Shown here: positions 19,370-28,967 of the stretch, piece after piece
Layout of the letters: the number at the start of each line of letters is the position of its first letter
Position numbering within the stretch: position 1 is the first letter of the stretch
NCBI GenBank assembly: GCA_963793265.1
Contig: CAWBZI010000002.1
Coordinates: forward strand, 160,001 to 224,000
Origin: an uncultured cyanobacterium
Lineage (GTDB): Bacteria; Cyanobacteriota; Cyanobacteriia; Phormidesmidales; Phormidesmidaceae
Length of the DNA stretch: 64,000 nt
Reading direction: 5' to 3'
Notes under the pieces: model-generated
Told to the model about the DNA's origin: nothing
The model's database searches: none
What the model saw: only the letters and a program-made list of their open reading frames with translations
Made by a program: the position numbers and the translations under genes

Positions 19370-21158
19370 AACAATCTTCAATTTTGCCTAGCAAACGCGG
19401 TAGGTCAACGGGTTTGGTGTCGTAGTCATCACAGCCTGCGGCCAGGGCTCTATCGCGATCGCCTGCCAGCGCATGAACCGTCAGCGCAATCACAGGGATC
19501 TGGCGAGTCCGCGCATCGGCCTTAAGCTGCCCGGTTGCCTGCCATCCGTCCATCACTGGCAAACTGATGTCCATTAGAATAATCTGGGGCTGTTCTGAAA
19601 GGGCTTTTTCTACGCCTTCTACACCATCGCTAGCAACAATAACCTCGTAGCCCGCTCCCGTCAGGCGACGAGCGAGCATATCAGAATTTAGCGTATTGTC
19701 TTCTACGAGCAATATTTTTGGTGAGAGCGCCGCCTGTTGCGGCCAGTTCTGATTGTTGCGTTGATTGTTGCCACTAGCTTCACTTCGGCGCGCGGCGCGC
19801 TGCCGTATTAAAGCCTTATGCTGCTGCCTTAGCTGTTTATGCTCTACATGCTGAGCGACCTTGGTTCTGAGCATCACTGACTGATACGGACGCATCAGAT
19901 AGTCAGTCGCGCCCATGGCGATACTCCGCACGACCGCCGCCCACTCATCGGGCGCTGCCATCACCAAAATAGGGGTTTGCTGGCCGTTCTGATGTTGTTT
20001 AATCTGCGTTAACACGTCCTGCCCGCTGGCTTCTAACAGATTTATCTCCGATAGAATTAGGTCGTATGGCGTCATCGCGATCGCGTCTAATGCCACCTTT
20101 ACTGTCGTCGCCACCGTCACCTGAAACCCCTGCCGCTCAAGATGCCGAGACAGCAGCGCGCAGTTATAGGCATCGCTATCTATCACCAAAATCCAACTGT
20201 CTTCAGTATTAAGAAGCGACGCCTCTTCTGGCGCAATCCGCTGTAAATAGGGCCGAGCTACTACAGGATCTTGACTTTCGTCTAGCTGATCGGCCTCAGA
20301 GGCTTGAATGAATTTAATATGCCGTTCTACCAATCTATCCAGTCCATTTACCTTACTAAGCAAGTTCTGCGCTGACATATAAATTCGGTCTAAATCCGGC
20401 CTAAAATCCACAGGCGATTCTTCTAGCAATATCTCGCAGTAGCCAACAATCGTGCTGAGCGGCGTCAGCATCTCCCTACGGAGAATAGGGGCAAACAAAT
20501 TCGACTCCTGCTGTTGCACTTCAACCAATGCCGGATTTAAAACGGCATGGATCAATCGCTGTAGCTGCTCGCTAGAGGTCAGAATCTTCTGAATATCGTT
20601 GCACATAGTATCCGATGCATCCGAGTCCTGACTCTGACTCAGTGAATCTAGGAGCAGATCGCAGTAGCCAATAATACTGTAGAGGGGTGGATCAAAATCC
20701 TGGTGGCGCAGTCGGGTTCGCAGCAGCCGTTGGAGGTGCAGGTGGGAAGGCGTTTGTTGAGAAGATCCAGGCTTTGCGGCAGCAGGCGGCGCGGTGAGCG
20801 TTAGCAGCCGGGTCATTTTAGCGACAAGCTGCGGCAAATCAACGGGTTTGGTATCGTAGTCGTCGCAGCCTGCGGCGATTGCCTTCTCGCGTTCGCCTGC
20901 AATGGCGTCGGCAGTTAGCGCAATCACCGGAATCATCTGGGTTTGAGGATTGGCCTTAATCTGCTGGGTTGCCTGCCAGCCGTCTAAGATCGGCATATGC
21001 AAATCCATCAAGACTAGATCAGGTCGCTCTGATAGGGCTTTTTCAACAGCTTCGACGCCATCAGATGCGATCGCTACTTCATAGCCCTTTCGCTGCAACC
21101 GACGAGAAAGCATATCTCGATTGATCTCATTGTCTTCGACCAGCAGAATCTTGTGCAT
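19347..21158 (-). CDS. Multi-receiver protein: REC, two degenerate HisKA-like segments, degenerate REC, REC (no HATPase)
   Basis: DivK-like receivers at both ends (ILLVEDN..LMD..MP..DGW..GCDDYDTKP); central RHQDFDPPLYSIIGY and RREMLTPLSTIVGY segments. Confidence 0.85.
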   Translation of the reverse strand: MHKILLVEDNEINRDMLSRRLQRKGYEVAIASDGVEAVEKALSERPDLVLMDLHMPILDGWQATQQIKANPQTQMIPVIALTADAIAGEREKAIAAGCDDYDTKPVDLPQLVAKMTRLLTLTAPPAAAKPGSSQQTPSHLHLQRLLRTRLRHQDFDPPLYSIIGYCDLLLDSLSQSQDSDASDTMCNDIQKILTSSEQLQRLIHAVLNPALVEVQQQESNLFAPILRREMLTPLSTIVGYCEILLEESPVDFRPDLDRIYMSAQNLLSKVNGLDRLVERHIKFIQASEADQLDESQDPVVARPYLQRIAPEEASLLNTEDSWILVIDSDAYNCALLSRHLERQGFQVTVATTVKVALDAIAMTPYDLILSEINLLEASGQDVLTQIKQHQNGQQTPILVMAAPDEWAAVVRSIAMGATDYLMRPYQSVMLRTKVAQHVEHKQLRQQHKALIRQRAARRSEASGNNQRNNQNWPQQAALSPKILLVEDNTLNSDMLARRLTGAGYEVIVASDGVEGVEKALSEQPQIILMDISLPVMDGWQATGQLKADARTRQIPVIALTVHALAGDRDRALAAGCDDYDTKPVDLPRLLGKIEDCLARLVTR

Positions 21159-21161
21159 CGT

Positions 21162-21340
21162 TTAAGCGCCTCCTTTAGGCAACTTCGATGATTCTACGTC
21201 TTCACGCTGAGGCGCTGCGAGTAAATAATCAATCTCATCAATCAAAATCACCGGCAGCGATCGCCACTGTGGATGCTGGCGTAGCTCGCGAATAAATTCA
21301 AAGCCGTCCATGTCTGGCATCATTAAATCAAACAAAATAA
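21162..21340 (-). pseudogene. Receiver-domain fragment
   Basis: ILFDLMMPDMDGFEFIRELRQHPQWRSLPVILI is the middle of a REC domain; both ends are missing and the listed ORF's N-terminus overlaps the promoter motif. Confidence 0.55.
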
Positions 21341-21351
21341 AGCTTCCGTAG

Positions 21352-21419
21352 ACTATAGAACTCAACTCTGAACACAAACATCTAACCAATGTCATGAATA
21401 GGAGCGTGACATTTGTCAT
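21352..21419 (-). promoter_or_regulatory. Two-box operator plus -10 element, copy 3, upstream of the multi-receiver gene
   Basis: GTGACATTTGTCAT at 21406-21419, half-site TGTCAT at 21390-21395 (24-bp offset), GATG, then TATAGT (minus strand, 21352-21357) 32 nt downstream. Confidence 0.75.
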
Positions 21420-21575
21420 ATTGCCTTTCTCGCTCAATCGCGCTTCCCCTTTCTTGGCTATCTAAATAGAAAATGCCTAACGCTAAACGGATACTCTGTT
21501 TGTAAAAAATGCATAATAACAGCCCCATATTCTTGAGAAGTTGATGTATGGAAAATACGTTTAAGAGACTTCGTA

Positions 21576-22808
21576 ATGGGACTTTTACAATCTGCCCTCC
21601 AACAGCAAACCGCGAGATTGATATATCGTCGCGGCATTGGCTACGAGCAGCGGCAGCTTCACAAGCAGGCGATCGCATCCTTCACTCAAGCGATCGCAAA
21701 AGGATACACACCAACTGCCAAAGCCCTCATTCACCGCGGCATCAGCCGACTGAATACGCAGAATACAGCAGGCGCGATCGCTGACTTTGACGCAGTTATT
21801 CAAACAGCTATCCAACAAAATGACGCGTCCTCATATCTCGCAGCGCAAGCCCTGTTCTTCAAAGGTAAAATCTACAGACAAAAAGGAGACAACAAAGCCG
21901 CCTGGATTAGCTGGGCCGCAGCTATCGACTATTGTCCTACCTACGCGCAGCCCTACTATCACAGAGCTTTATTTTTGATTGAACAAGACAGGCCCAATAA
22001 AGCTTTGTCTGATTTAGATGCGGCCATAGAAATAGACCCTTCTATGGCGATCGCCTATCTTCAGCGCGGAAACTTGCGCTATCAAACCGGCAATATCGAG
22101 GGGGCGATTTTCGACTGGCAACATGCTCTGTGCAATGACTTCACCCTTAAGAGCGCCAAACAAGCGCTAGCAAAGCTTCAGCACGATACCTATCAAGATC
22201 AGCTTAGCCAGGTTCTAGTAGCGCCCTTGGCAGAAAAAGAGCTAAGCGTAAAAGTTCGCTACCAAAGCGATCGCAGCCAAGATAGCAGCCAAAGCAACTG
22301 CCTCAATATCTACGTGCACAGAGAAACCGGCAAAGGCGTTAACTACTACACGCTGCCCGATCTTATTCGTCAGCATTTAGTGCCACTACAGCTAGATAGC
22401 ATTAGTCGCTTTCGGCTCATTGGCACAGTTGGCAACGCAACTGGGCCCGACTGGGATAAATCTTACGACCTCTATAAAAATCAGCCCTGTCCGCCTAGCA
22501 ACTGGCAGGCCGCTATCTTCGCAACCCTGCTGTTTCCACCCCTGGCGGTTCCTGCTTTCATTCAAGCTGCGAGCGTAAAACGTACCTATGCAAAAGGTAA
22601 ATATATTAACGCGCTCAACGCCTCTAAACTGGTCGGCATTTTTAGCGCTGCCAGCAGTATTCCATTTTGCTTTTTCGTATTTTTGATGGTCATCTGCGCC
22701 AGCTACGACGAAACAGGAATCAAGTTCAGCGATCGGCCCGCTGTAAGAATTGTAAGCTGTTCAAAGGATTCGTACTCACTCTGCATAAAAACGACGCCTG
22801 GCCTTTGA
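21576..22808 (+). CDS. TPR protein with C-terminal CD225/dispanin-like membrane domain
   Basis: Several TPRs (e.g. AIAYLQRGNLRYQTGNIEGAIFDW); PPSNWQAAIFATLLFPPLAVPAFIQAASVKRTYAKGKYINALNASK fits the CD225 pattern. Confidence 0.75.
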   Translation: MGLLQSALQQQTARLIYRRGIGYEQRQLHKQAIASFTQAIAKGYTPTAKALIHRGISRLNTQNTAGAIADFDAVIQTAIQQNDASSYLAAQALFFKGKIYRQKGDNKAAWISWAAAIDYCPTYAQPYYHRALFLIEQDRPNKALSDLDAAIEIDPSMAIAYLQRGNLRYQTGNIEGAIFDWQHALCNDFTLKSAKQALAKLQHDTYQDQLSQVLVAPLAEKELSVKVRYQSDRSQDSSQSNCLNIYVHRETGKGVNYYTLPDLIRQHLVPLQLDSISRFRLIGTVGNATGPDWDKSYDLYKNQPCPPSNWQAAIFATLLFPPLAVPAFIQAASVKRTYAKGKYINALNASKLVGIFSAASSIPFCFFVFLMVICASYDETGIKFSDRPAVRIVSCSKDSYSLCIKTTPGL

Positions 22809-22909
22809 GAGCACTGTAGAGGTTGCTGTGAGCGAACCTTAATGCTTAAAAAATAGTCAAAAGCTGGATAGCTAAAAAAACTTGATAGCCGAAAACTTGC
22901 CTAGAACCG

Positions 22910-23587
22910 ATGAACCTATCTGCCGAACGTTTAGAACAAACCCAGCTAGACGCTCACCTGCGGCAGCTAGCCATCACCGCCCAAAGGCAACCCAAGGGAA
23001 GCCTGGCCAGGCAGCGCGCGCTAACTGAGCTAATTAGCACAATGTTGCGATCGCACAAGCTATGCCGTCCTCGTCGGGGTCAGTTCAGGCTTTTGTACGA
23101 AGAAATCTACGCAGAAGCGCTCCAACGGCTGTTTTCGTTTGTGTGCGATCGCATTGACGACTACAGCGAGCAAAAGGGCGAGGTTCTGCAGTGGGTCAAC
23201 TTCTTACTCAGCCGACGTTTTTTTATCGAAGCCAGCCGAGACTATCTGCCGGTTGTGTACAAAGGAATGGATGCTAGAAGCGTTAAGCGACTGACGCTAG
23301 AGCATTTAGACCAAAGCAACCCTAGCGAGCTAAACCCCCAGCTCACCCCGTCACTCTCTCAAGAAGTGAAAGCCTGCTTGGAAGAAGACCCAGAGAGCCT
23401 ATTCAAAGCGGCCTGCGTTGCCGACGCTCCCGCCGCTAATTTTCAGTACATTGCACTGAAGCGGCTAGAAGGCTATTCCTGGCAAGATCTCTCTACTGAA
23501 CTCAATATCTCGGTGCCAACCTTGAGCAGCTTCTATCGCCGAGCGCTGGCCCGGTTTGCACCTAAATTAAGAACCTATCTATCTTAA
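22910..23587 (+). CDS. Sigma-70 (ECF-like) family protein
   Basis: Cyanobacterial sigma-like family usually found before DUF1822; C-terminal HTH GYSWQDLSTELNISVPTLSSFY. Confidence 0.75.
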   Translation: MNLSAERLEQTQLDAHLRQLAITAQRQPKGSLARQRALTELISTMLRSHKLCRPRRGQFRLLYEEIYAEALQRLFSFVCDRIDDYSEQKGEVLQWVNFLLSRRFFIEASRDYLPVVYKGMDARSVKRLTLEHLDQSNPSELNPQLTPSLSQEVKACLEEDPESLFKAACVADAPAANFQYIALKRLEGYSWQDLSTELNISVPTLSSFYRRALARFAPKLRTYLS

Positions 23588-23650
23588 GTTTTTATCCTAG
23601 CTTTTATCCGCTCACCTTCCGACTTAATTTCAATCGCTAGAGCACCTGAA

Positions 23651-24655
23651 ATGACCTATTCTACCAAGCAATCGTTAACGCTGACTGTTCCCCTCACCCT
23701 AGCAAGTCACCACAAGGCGCAGCTATTCTATCAGCGCCATGCCAACCCGCACAAAGCAAAGCAAATCTATCTCAACACGCTGGCAGTCACGGCTGTTCAC
23801 ACCTACTTAAGCTGGCTTGGCATCGAGAGCGATTTGCAATCGAGCGACAGTTGGAACCCGGTAATGCAAACGCTCGCAGACACTGCCGATTTAGAAGTTT
23901 TGGGGCAAGGTAGGGTGGAGTGTCGCCCTGTATTGCCCAAGGCCACAGCCTGCTATATTCCCGCTGAAGCTAGCGCACATCGCATTGGCTATCTGCCCGT
24001 TCTTTTAGATGCAGACTTGCAAAAGGCGACGCTGCTCGGCTTTATTCCTGGCACAGAGGTTAGCGCCGAAACCCCAGAAGTGCCGCTGACAAGATTGCAG
24101 CCCATGACCTCCCTTTTTGACATGCTTTTTGATCCGCTCAAACCGCCTTCTGATCTGGCTAGCAAACGCGTTTGCCTGAGGCGGTGGCTCGCAGGAACCA
24201 TTATAGATGGCTGGCAGTCTGTAGAAGCATTGCTGGGGCCGCAGCCCGACTTTAGCTTTAGAAGCTTGGAGCTATCTAATCCAAATGATATTGATGGAAG
24301 CGACACTGCTAAAGCTGCTGTACGCGGTAAGCTGCTCGAACTATCGCGGCCCGCTACAAACAACCTTCAGACAGAGCAGCCTCAGCCGGGCCGGGTTGCG
24401 CTGGTTGTAAATATTGCGCCGACTGATGCGCTGCAATCGAATATTTGGATTAAGCTTTGTCCGGTTGGGGGCGATCGCTATCTTCCAGAAGCGTTAGAAA
24501 TTAGAATTCTTGACGATCAGCAGGCGGTGGTAATGGAGGCACAATCTAGACAAACAGACATGATACAGCTTCACTTTCGAGGCATGTTGAACGAACAGTT
24601 TGCCGTTGAGGTCGCGCTGAACGGTGTTAGTTTGGTAGAAAAGTTTGTCATCTAA
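23651..24655 (+). CDS. DUF1822 family protein
   Basis: KAKQIYLNTLAVTAVHTYL, SDSWNP, GRVECRPV, RIGY and LRRWLAG..GWQSVE motifs. Confidence 0.85.
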   Translation: MTYSTKQSLTLTVPLTLASHHKAQLFYQRHANPHKAKQIYLNTLAVTAVHTYLSWLGIESDLQSSDSWNPVMQTLADTADLEVLGQGRVECRPVLPKATACYIPAEASAHRIGYLPVLLDADLQKATLLGFIPGTEVSAETPEVPLTRLQPMTSLFDMLFDPLKPPSDLASKRVCLRRWLAGTIIDGWQSVEALLGPQPDFSFRSLELSNPNDIDGSDTAKAAVRGKLLELSRPATNNLQTEQPQPGRVALVVNIAPTDALQSNIWIKLCPVGGDRYLPEALEIRILDDQQAVVMEAQSRQTDMIQLHFRGMLNEQFAVEVALNGVSLVEKFVI

Positions 24656-24670
24656 GCAACGGGAAGCATC

Positions 24671-27232
24671 GTGACTGTTGGTGGAAAGGGTGGTGAAAAT
24701 GGGAAGCTCGTTATCCTTAAGTTTGACGGCGATCTTCATCAGGGATTCAGGGTTTCGCTAGAGATTGGTGATGAGGGCGATCGCCCTACCATTGAGCTAG
24801 CGGGCGCGCTACCGCCTAGCCCGGAGCTGGTGTCGCACCTGTGTCAGTGGCAGGAGCACTACCGTAGCTTAAGCGCTCACAGCCCAACTAATAGTAGAAT
24901 TCAGCCGCAGCAGATTATTTATGGGGGATCTGTCAACCGCCTGGAAGAATGCTGGCGATCTGCAACAGCGCTATATCAGCAAATGGCGGTGTGGCTAGAG
25001 TCTTCTTCCTTTCGCCGCCTCGATTTGCGATTGAGAGAAAGCTTGAGCCTGAGCGATCCGATTAGAGTCCTCATTCGCAGCGAAGATCCGCTATTGCAGC
25101 GGTTGCCCTGGCATCTGTGGGACTTTACAGAACGCTACGTCAAAACAGAGATCGCGCTGAGTGCCCCGGTTTCTGAGCGGATTGAAGTAGAAGCAACCGC
25201 TGCGCTCACTCACAGCGTCAAGATTTTAGCCATTTTAGGCAGCAGCGAAGATATTAATATTCAAGCCGACAGGCATTTCTTGGCGGCCTTGCCTGATGCC
25301 AAAGTCACTTTTTTAGTCGAACCTTCTAGAGAAGAGATTAACCAGCAGCTATGGCAGCAGTCTTGGGATATTTTGTTTTTTGCCGGACATAGCTCAACCG
25401 AAGGCGATCGCGGCTTAATCTACATCAACCCCACCGAAAGCCTAAACCTCGAGGAGTTGAAATACGGGTTAAAGCAGGCAATATCGAGAGGACTTCAGCT
25501 TGCTATTTTCAACTCTTGTGATGGCTTAGGACTCGCTCGGTCATTAGAGTATCTGCATCTGCCACAAATGATTGTGATGCGAGAGCCTGTACCCGATCGC
25601 ATTGCGCAGTCGTTTTTGAAGTCTTTTCTCAAAACATTTTCGAGTGGCAAATCTCTTTATCTCTCCGTACGCGAAGCCAGAGAACAGCTTCAGAGCTTAG
25701 AAGATCGGTTTCCCTGTGCCACCTGGCTTCCCGTCATCTGTCAGAACTCGGCTAGAATTCCGCCAACCTGGCAATCGCTGATCGAAGGGAGGCCGTCTGA
25801 TCGTTTGGGCCTTAGTAGTGCTAGCGATCGCAACGCTGGTACCGAAAACATCGCCCAGGGTTTGCCCGCAACAGCGAGCGCAGCCACAGCACAGCCATAC
25901 CGTCGCACTATGCAGCAGTATGCGCGGCGGTACGGGCCCTTACGGCATTTTTCCCATCAGATTCGTAGAGGATGGATTGTACTGCTTGTTAGCTTAGTCG
26001 TAACGCTGGGGCTGAGCAGTCCTTTTGCGCTCAGTCAGATGCAGCCTTTAGAAATCGGCATTTATGATCGCATGGTGCGGCTACGGCCCGATGAAAGGGC
26101 TGATTCTCGCTTGCTCGTCATTGGCGTGACCGATACCGATATTGAAATGCAAAAAGAGAATGAAGAGCTGTTGAAGCGGCAGTCGCTTTCAGAACAAACG
26201 TACGGACAAACCTTTGAAACCTCTCTCTCAGATCAGTCTCTCAACCGCCTGCTAGATAAGCTCGCGGAATATCAACCGCTGGTGATTGGCTTAGATCTAT
26301 ACCGTGACTTTGCTGCTGCATCTGACCAAAGCGCTCTATCCGATAAGCTACAGCAAAACAGCGAGCTAATCGCCGTCTGTAAAGCTGAGGACTTTGAGGA
26401 TCTTTCTATCTCTAGCATCGATCCGCCGCCAGAAGTTCCGCTGAACCGCGTCGGTTTTAGTGACTTTAGAGAAGATAGTGACGGTATTTTGAGGCGACAT
26501 CTCTTAGGTATGCTGCCGCTGGTGAGAACTGAAGCCTCACGTTGCAATACCGACTGGTCTTTTAGTCTACAAGTTGCGTCTCGATATTTGCAGCAGCAGC
26601 AGATAGCCACTGAGTTTCAAGACTCGGGAGACTTGCGGCTAGGGCGTCAAACTGTAGATGTTTTGCGATCTGGCTCTGGCGGCTATCCACCTGATGCCGG
26701 GGGCAGTGAGATTATGCTTAACTATCGCGCCACGCCAGAAATCGCGCCGACGGTAACGCTTCAACAGTTCTTAAACCAACAGACGAATCCTAACTATCTT
26801 GCAGGCAAAATCGTGCTGATTGGCGTGATTGCAGAAGGCGAAGAAGATCACTGGCTGACGCCGACCTGTCCTTCTACAAAAATGCCGGGTGTGATCGTGC
26901 AGGCGCACATGATTAGTCAACTGCTGAGCGCTGCCTTAGACAATCGCCCGCTTTTGAAACCACTGTCGCGATCGCAGCAAATCGGCTGGGTGAGTACGTG
27001 GGCAATTGTCGGCGGATTTCTAGCGTTTTGGCAATGGCCCTCAAAGCGTAAGGCGTGGGCGATCGCTCGAATAATGCTGAGCCTGGTAGGTGCGATCGCC
27101 CTCCTCTACGGGCTGAGCTTCCTTGGCTTGCTCAGGGGCCACTGGCTACCCTTCGTTTCACTGGCGCTGGCTTTGGTTTCATCTAGCATACTTGTGACCA
27201 TCTATTTGTTCGCTAGTCCTCAGAAGCAGTAG
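24671..27232 (+). CDS. CHAT (caspase-like) + CHASE2 domain membrane protein
   Basis: LQRLPWHLW, FFAGHS and IFNSCDG (His/Cys dyad), TM, then CHASE2 motifs YDRMVRLRP, IGLDLYRD, DGILRR and MPGVIVQAH, and three C-terminal TMs. Confidence 0.9.
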   Translation: MTVGGKGGENGKLVILKFDGDLHQGFRVSLEIGDEGDRPTIELAGALPPSPELVSHLCQWQEHYRSLSAHSPTNSRIQPQQIIYGGSVNRLEECWRSATALYQQMAVWLESSSFRRLDLRLRESLSLSDPIRVLIRSEDPLLQRLPWHLWDFTERYVKTEIALSAPVSERIEVEATAALTHSVKILAILGSSEDINIQADRHFLAALPDAKVTFLVEPSREEINQQLWQQSWDILFFAGHSSTEGDRGLIYINPTESLNLEELKYGLKQAISRGLQLAIFNSCDGLGLARSLEYLHLPQMIVMREPVPDRIAQSFLKSFLKTFSSGKSLYLSVREAREQLQSLEDRFPCATWLPVICQNSARIPPTWQSLIEGRPSDRLGLSSASDRNAGTENIAQGLPATASAATAQPYRRTMQQYARRYGPLRHFSHQIRRGWIVLLVSLVVTLGLSSPFALSQMQPLEIGIYDRMVRLRPDERADSRLLVIGVTDTDIEMQKENEELLKRQSLSEQTYGQTFETSLSDQSLNRLLDKLAEYQPLVIGLDLYRDFAAASDQSALSDKLQQNSELIAVCKAEDFEDLSISSIDPPPEVPLNRVGFSDFREDSDGILRRHLLGMLPLVRTEASRCNTDWSFSLQVASRYLQQQQIATEFQDSGDLRLGRQTVDVLRSGSGGYPPDAGGSEIMLNYRATPEIAPTVTLQQFLNQQTNPNYLAGKIVLIGVIAEGEEDHWLTPTCPSTKMPGVIVQAHMISQLLSAALDNRPLLKPLSRSQQIGWVSTWAIVGGFLAFWQWPSKRKAWAIARIMLSLVGAIALLYGLSFLGLLRGHWLPFVSLALALVSSSILVTIYLFASPQKQ

Positions 27233-27279
27233 GTTATATCTTGGTATAATTACGCACAAAGCCGCCCAAGAATAACTAG

Positions 27280-28035
27280 ATGAAAGCTTCCGCTCGACGC
27301 TTCAAACAACTTCCTAAGCGCTTCCTGGCGATCGCAGGTGCTATTACACTAGGGGCGACTGCAATCACCCTGACCACGCCCCCGGCAGAAGCTAGCCTGA
27401 GTCTATTGTCTGCCACCAAAAGCAAGCTAGCCAGAGGCAGAGTTCCTGGCCGCAGACGCGGTGGAGCCCGGCGCGGATCTTGTTCCAATACGCAAACGCC
27501 CTTGGTCGCAATCGTTGCTGCCACCGAGGTTGACACTGAAACGCTGCCTGAAACCTATGTAGGTGGAATAACTGCTGCCGAGTATCCTACCTTTTGGTTT
27601 GATGTGCCCTACTCACTTACGAATGAGCTAACCGCCGAGTTCGTTTTGCAAGATGACCTTGGCCAGGATGTGTACCGGGCTACTTCTGCTGAGTTTGCGA
27701 CGGCTGGGCAAACGCCTGGTGTGATGGGCATTGCGCTCCCGCCTGAGCTGGCACCGCTAGAAATTGGCAAAGTCTATCAGTGGTATTTCAAAGTTAACTG
27801 TGGTTCAGAAACGCCGCCTTATGTGCAAGGTGGAATTGAGAGAGTTGCGATCGCGCCTCGTCTGGCCAATCAGCTACGGGCGGCTACACCGTTAGAGCAA
27901 GCCGCGCTCTTTCAAGAAAATGAGCTTTGGTACGATGCGGTGACAATCCTCGCACCGCGCCATCGCGCCGAGCCTGATAATTCAACTATCCAGGCTATTT
28001 GGAACGATCTGTTGCAATCTTTAGATCTGCAATAG
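27280..28035 (+). CDS. DUF928 domain exported protein
   Basis: Signal peptide; PGRRRGGARRG, YPTFWFDVPY, YQWYF and LWYDA motifs. Confidence 0.88.
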   Translation: MKASARRFKQLPKRFLAIAGAITLGATAITLTTPPAEASLSLLSATKSKLARGRVPGRRRGGARRGSCSNTQTPLVAIVAATEVDTETLPETYVGGITAAEYPTFWFDVPYSLTNELTAEFVLQDDLGQDVYRATSAEFATAGQTPGVMGIALPPELAPLEIGKVYQWYFKVNCGSETPPYVQGGIERVAIAPRLANQLRAATPLEQAALFQENELWYDAVTILAPRHRAEPDNSTIQAIWNDLLQSLDLQ

Positions 28036-28315
28036 GCTAACTTCTCGCCTTTGTAGGCAACCGTCTCATATGTTAAGAAACGCCCATTGTCGCCTGCTAC
28101 TGCATAAATAACCCCTTAGAACTCAGAGATAGTCTTGGTTTAGCAATGACTTCTACCGTCTAAAAGCTATGAACTTTCCTTTGATAGACTATCTCGATCA
28201 ACTGTTCTTTAATACAGGCAATCCTCTTGTCTTAAGCCCAAAACGATACTGGCGTACTTATCGCGTTCGACATCTCAACCTATGTCTCAAAAAACAGCAA
28301 GACGTTTGTATATCC

Positions 28316-28887
28316 CGTAGGTTGGGTTAAGTCCCCGAAACCCAACAATCTCAACTCAAAATTCATACATGACGTGTTGTTATTTCTCTTTATCTTTTGG
28401 GCGTTGGGTTTCACGTGCGTTTAACCCAACCTACGGTGGATGCTGGGATATGGTCGGGTGTTGGGTTTCACGTGCGTTTAACCCAACCTACGGTGGATGC
28501 TGGAATATGGCCAGTCGTGGGGAGATTTGACGAATCCGTGATTGACGGGGTTGTTGTGGATGTATTTGACGTGATTTACGAAATCGCGCTCATCGCGAAT
28601 CTGATGCTCCCAAAAACGTCGCTGCCAAATAGCCTGCTCTTTTTTCTTAAGACGAGCTGACGATTGGTGATGCTTATACGCCGTTGGGCAACGACGACTA
28701 AAGTTAGATTTGATCAGCCGCCAGCGGGTCGAGAAATCAGCATCTCCATTGGGCAATGTCCAGATGCAGTGAAGATGATCGGGCAGTAGAACGATGGCGT
28801 CGATGTCAAACGGATGGCGCTGCTTGACAGTTGGGTTTCGGGGGCTAACTGGGGGTGGTTGGGTTTCGGGGGCTCAACCCAACCTAC
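28316..28887. repeat. Cluster of GTAG-type REP palindromes around a RAYT remnant
   Basis: GTAGGTTGGGTT..AACCCAAC units at 28316-28346, 28403-28434, 28460-28491, 28830-28850 (partial) and 28858-28887; ~51-bp duplication with a 57-bp period (28403/28460). Confidence 0.85.
28478..28829 (-). pseudogene. REP-associated tyrosine transposase (RAYT), 5'-truncated
   Basis: VKQRHPFDIDAIVLLPDHLHCIWTLP (HUH motif), WQRRFWEHQIRD, YIHNNPV and WPYSS; the N-terminus is replaced by a REP. Confidence 0.88.
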
Positions 28888-28967
28888 ACGTATTTACTTT
28901 TTTTAATGGTTCAAAAGCTAGCTGGGAAATCTATGGGTGAACCAAGCTAGCTGAGTGGGCAAAGACG

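Noticed and set aside
21341..21437. N-terminal part of the listed 91-aa ORF as coding sequence
   Set aside because: It coincides with operator/promoter copy 3 and shows no receiver similarity
28403..28510. Two near-identical ~51-bp repeats as a mini CRISPR array
   Set aside because: Only two units with ~6 nt between them, made of a REP plus the RAYT 3' end; no cas genes
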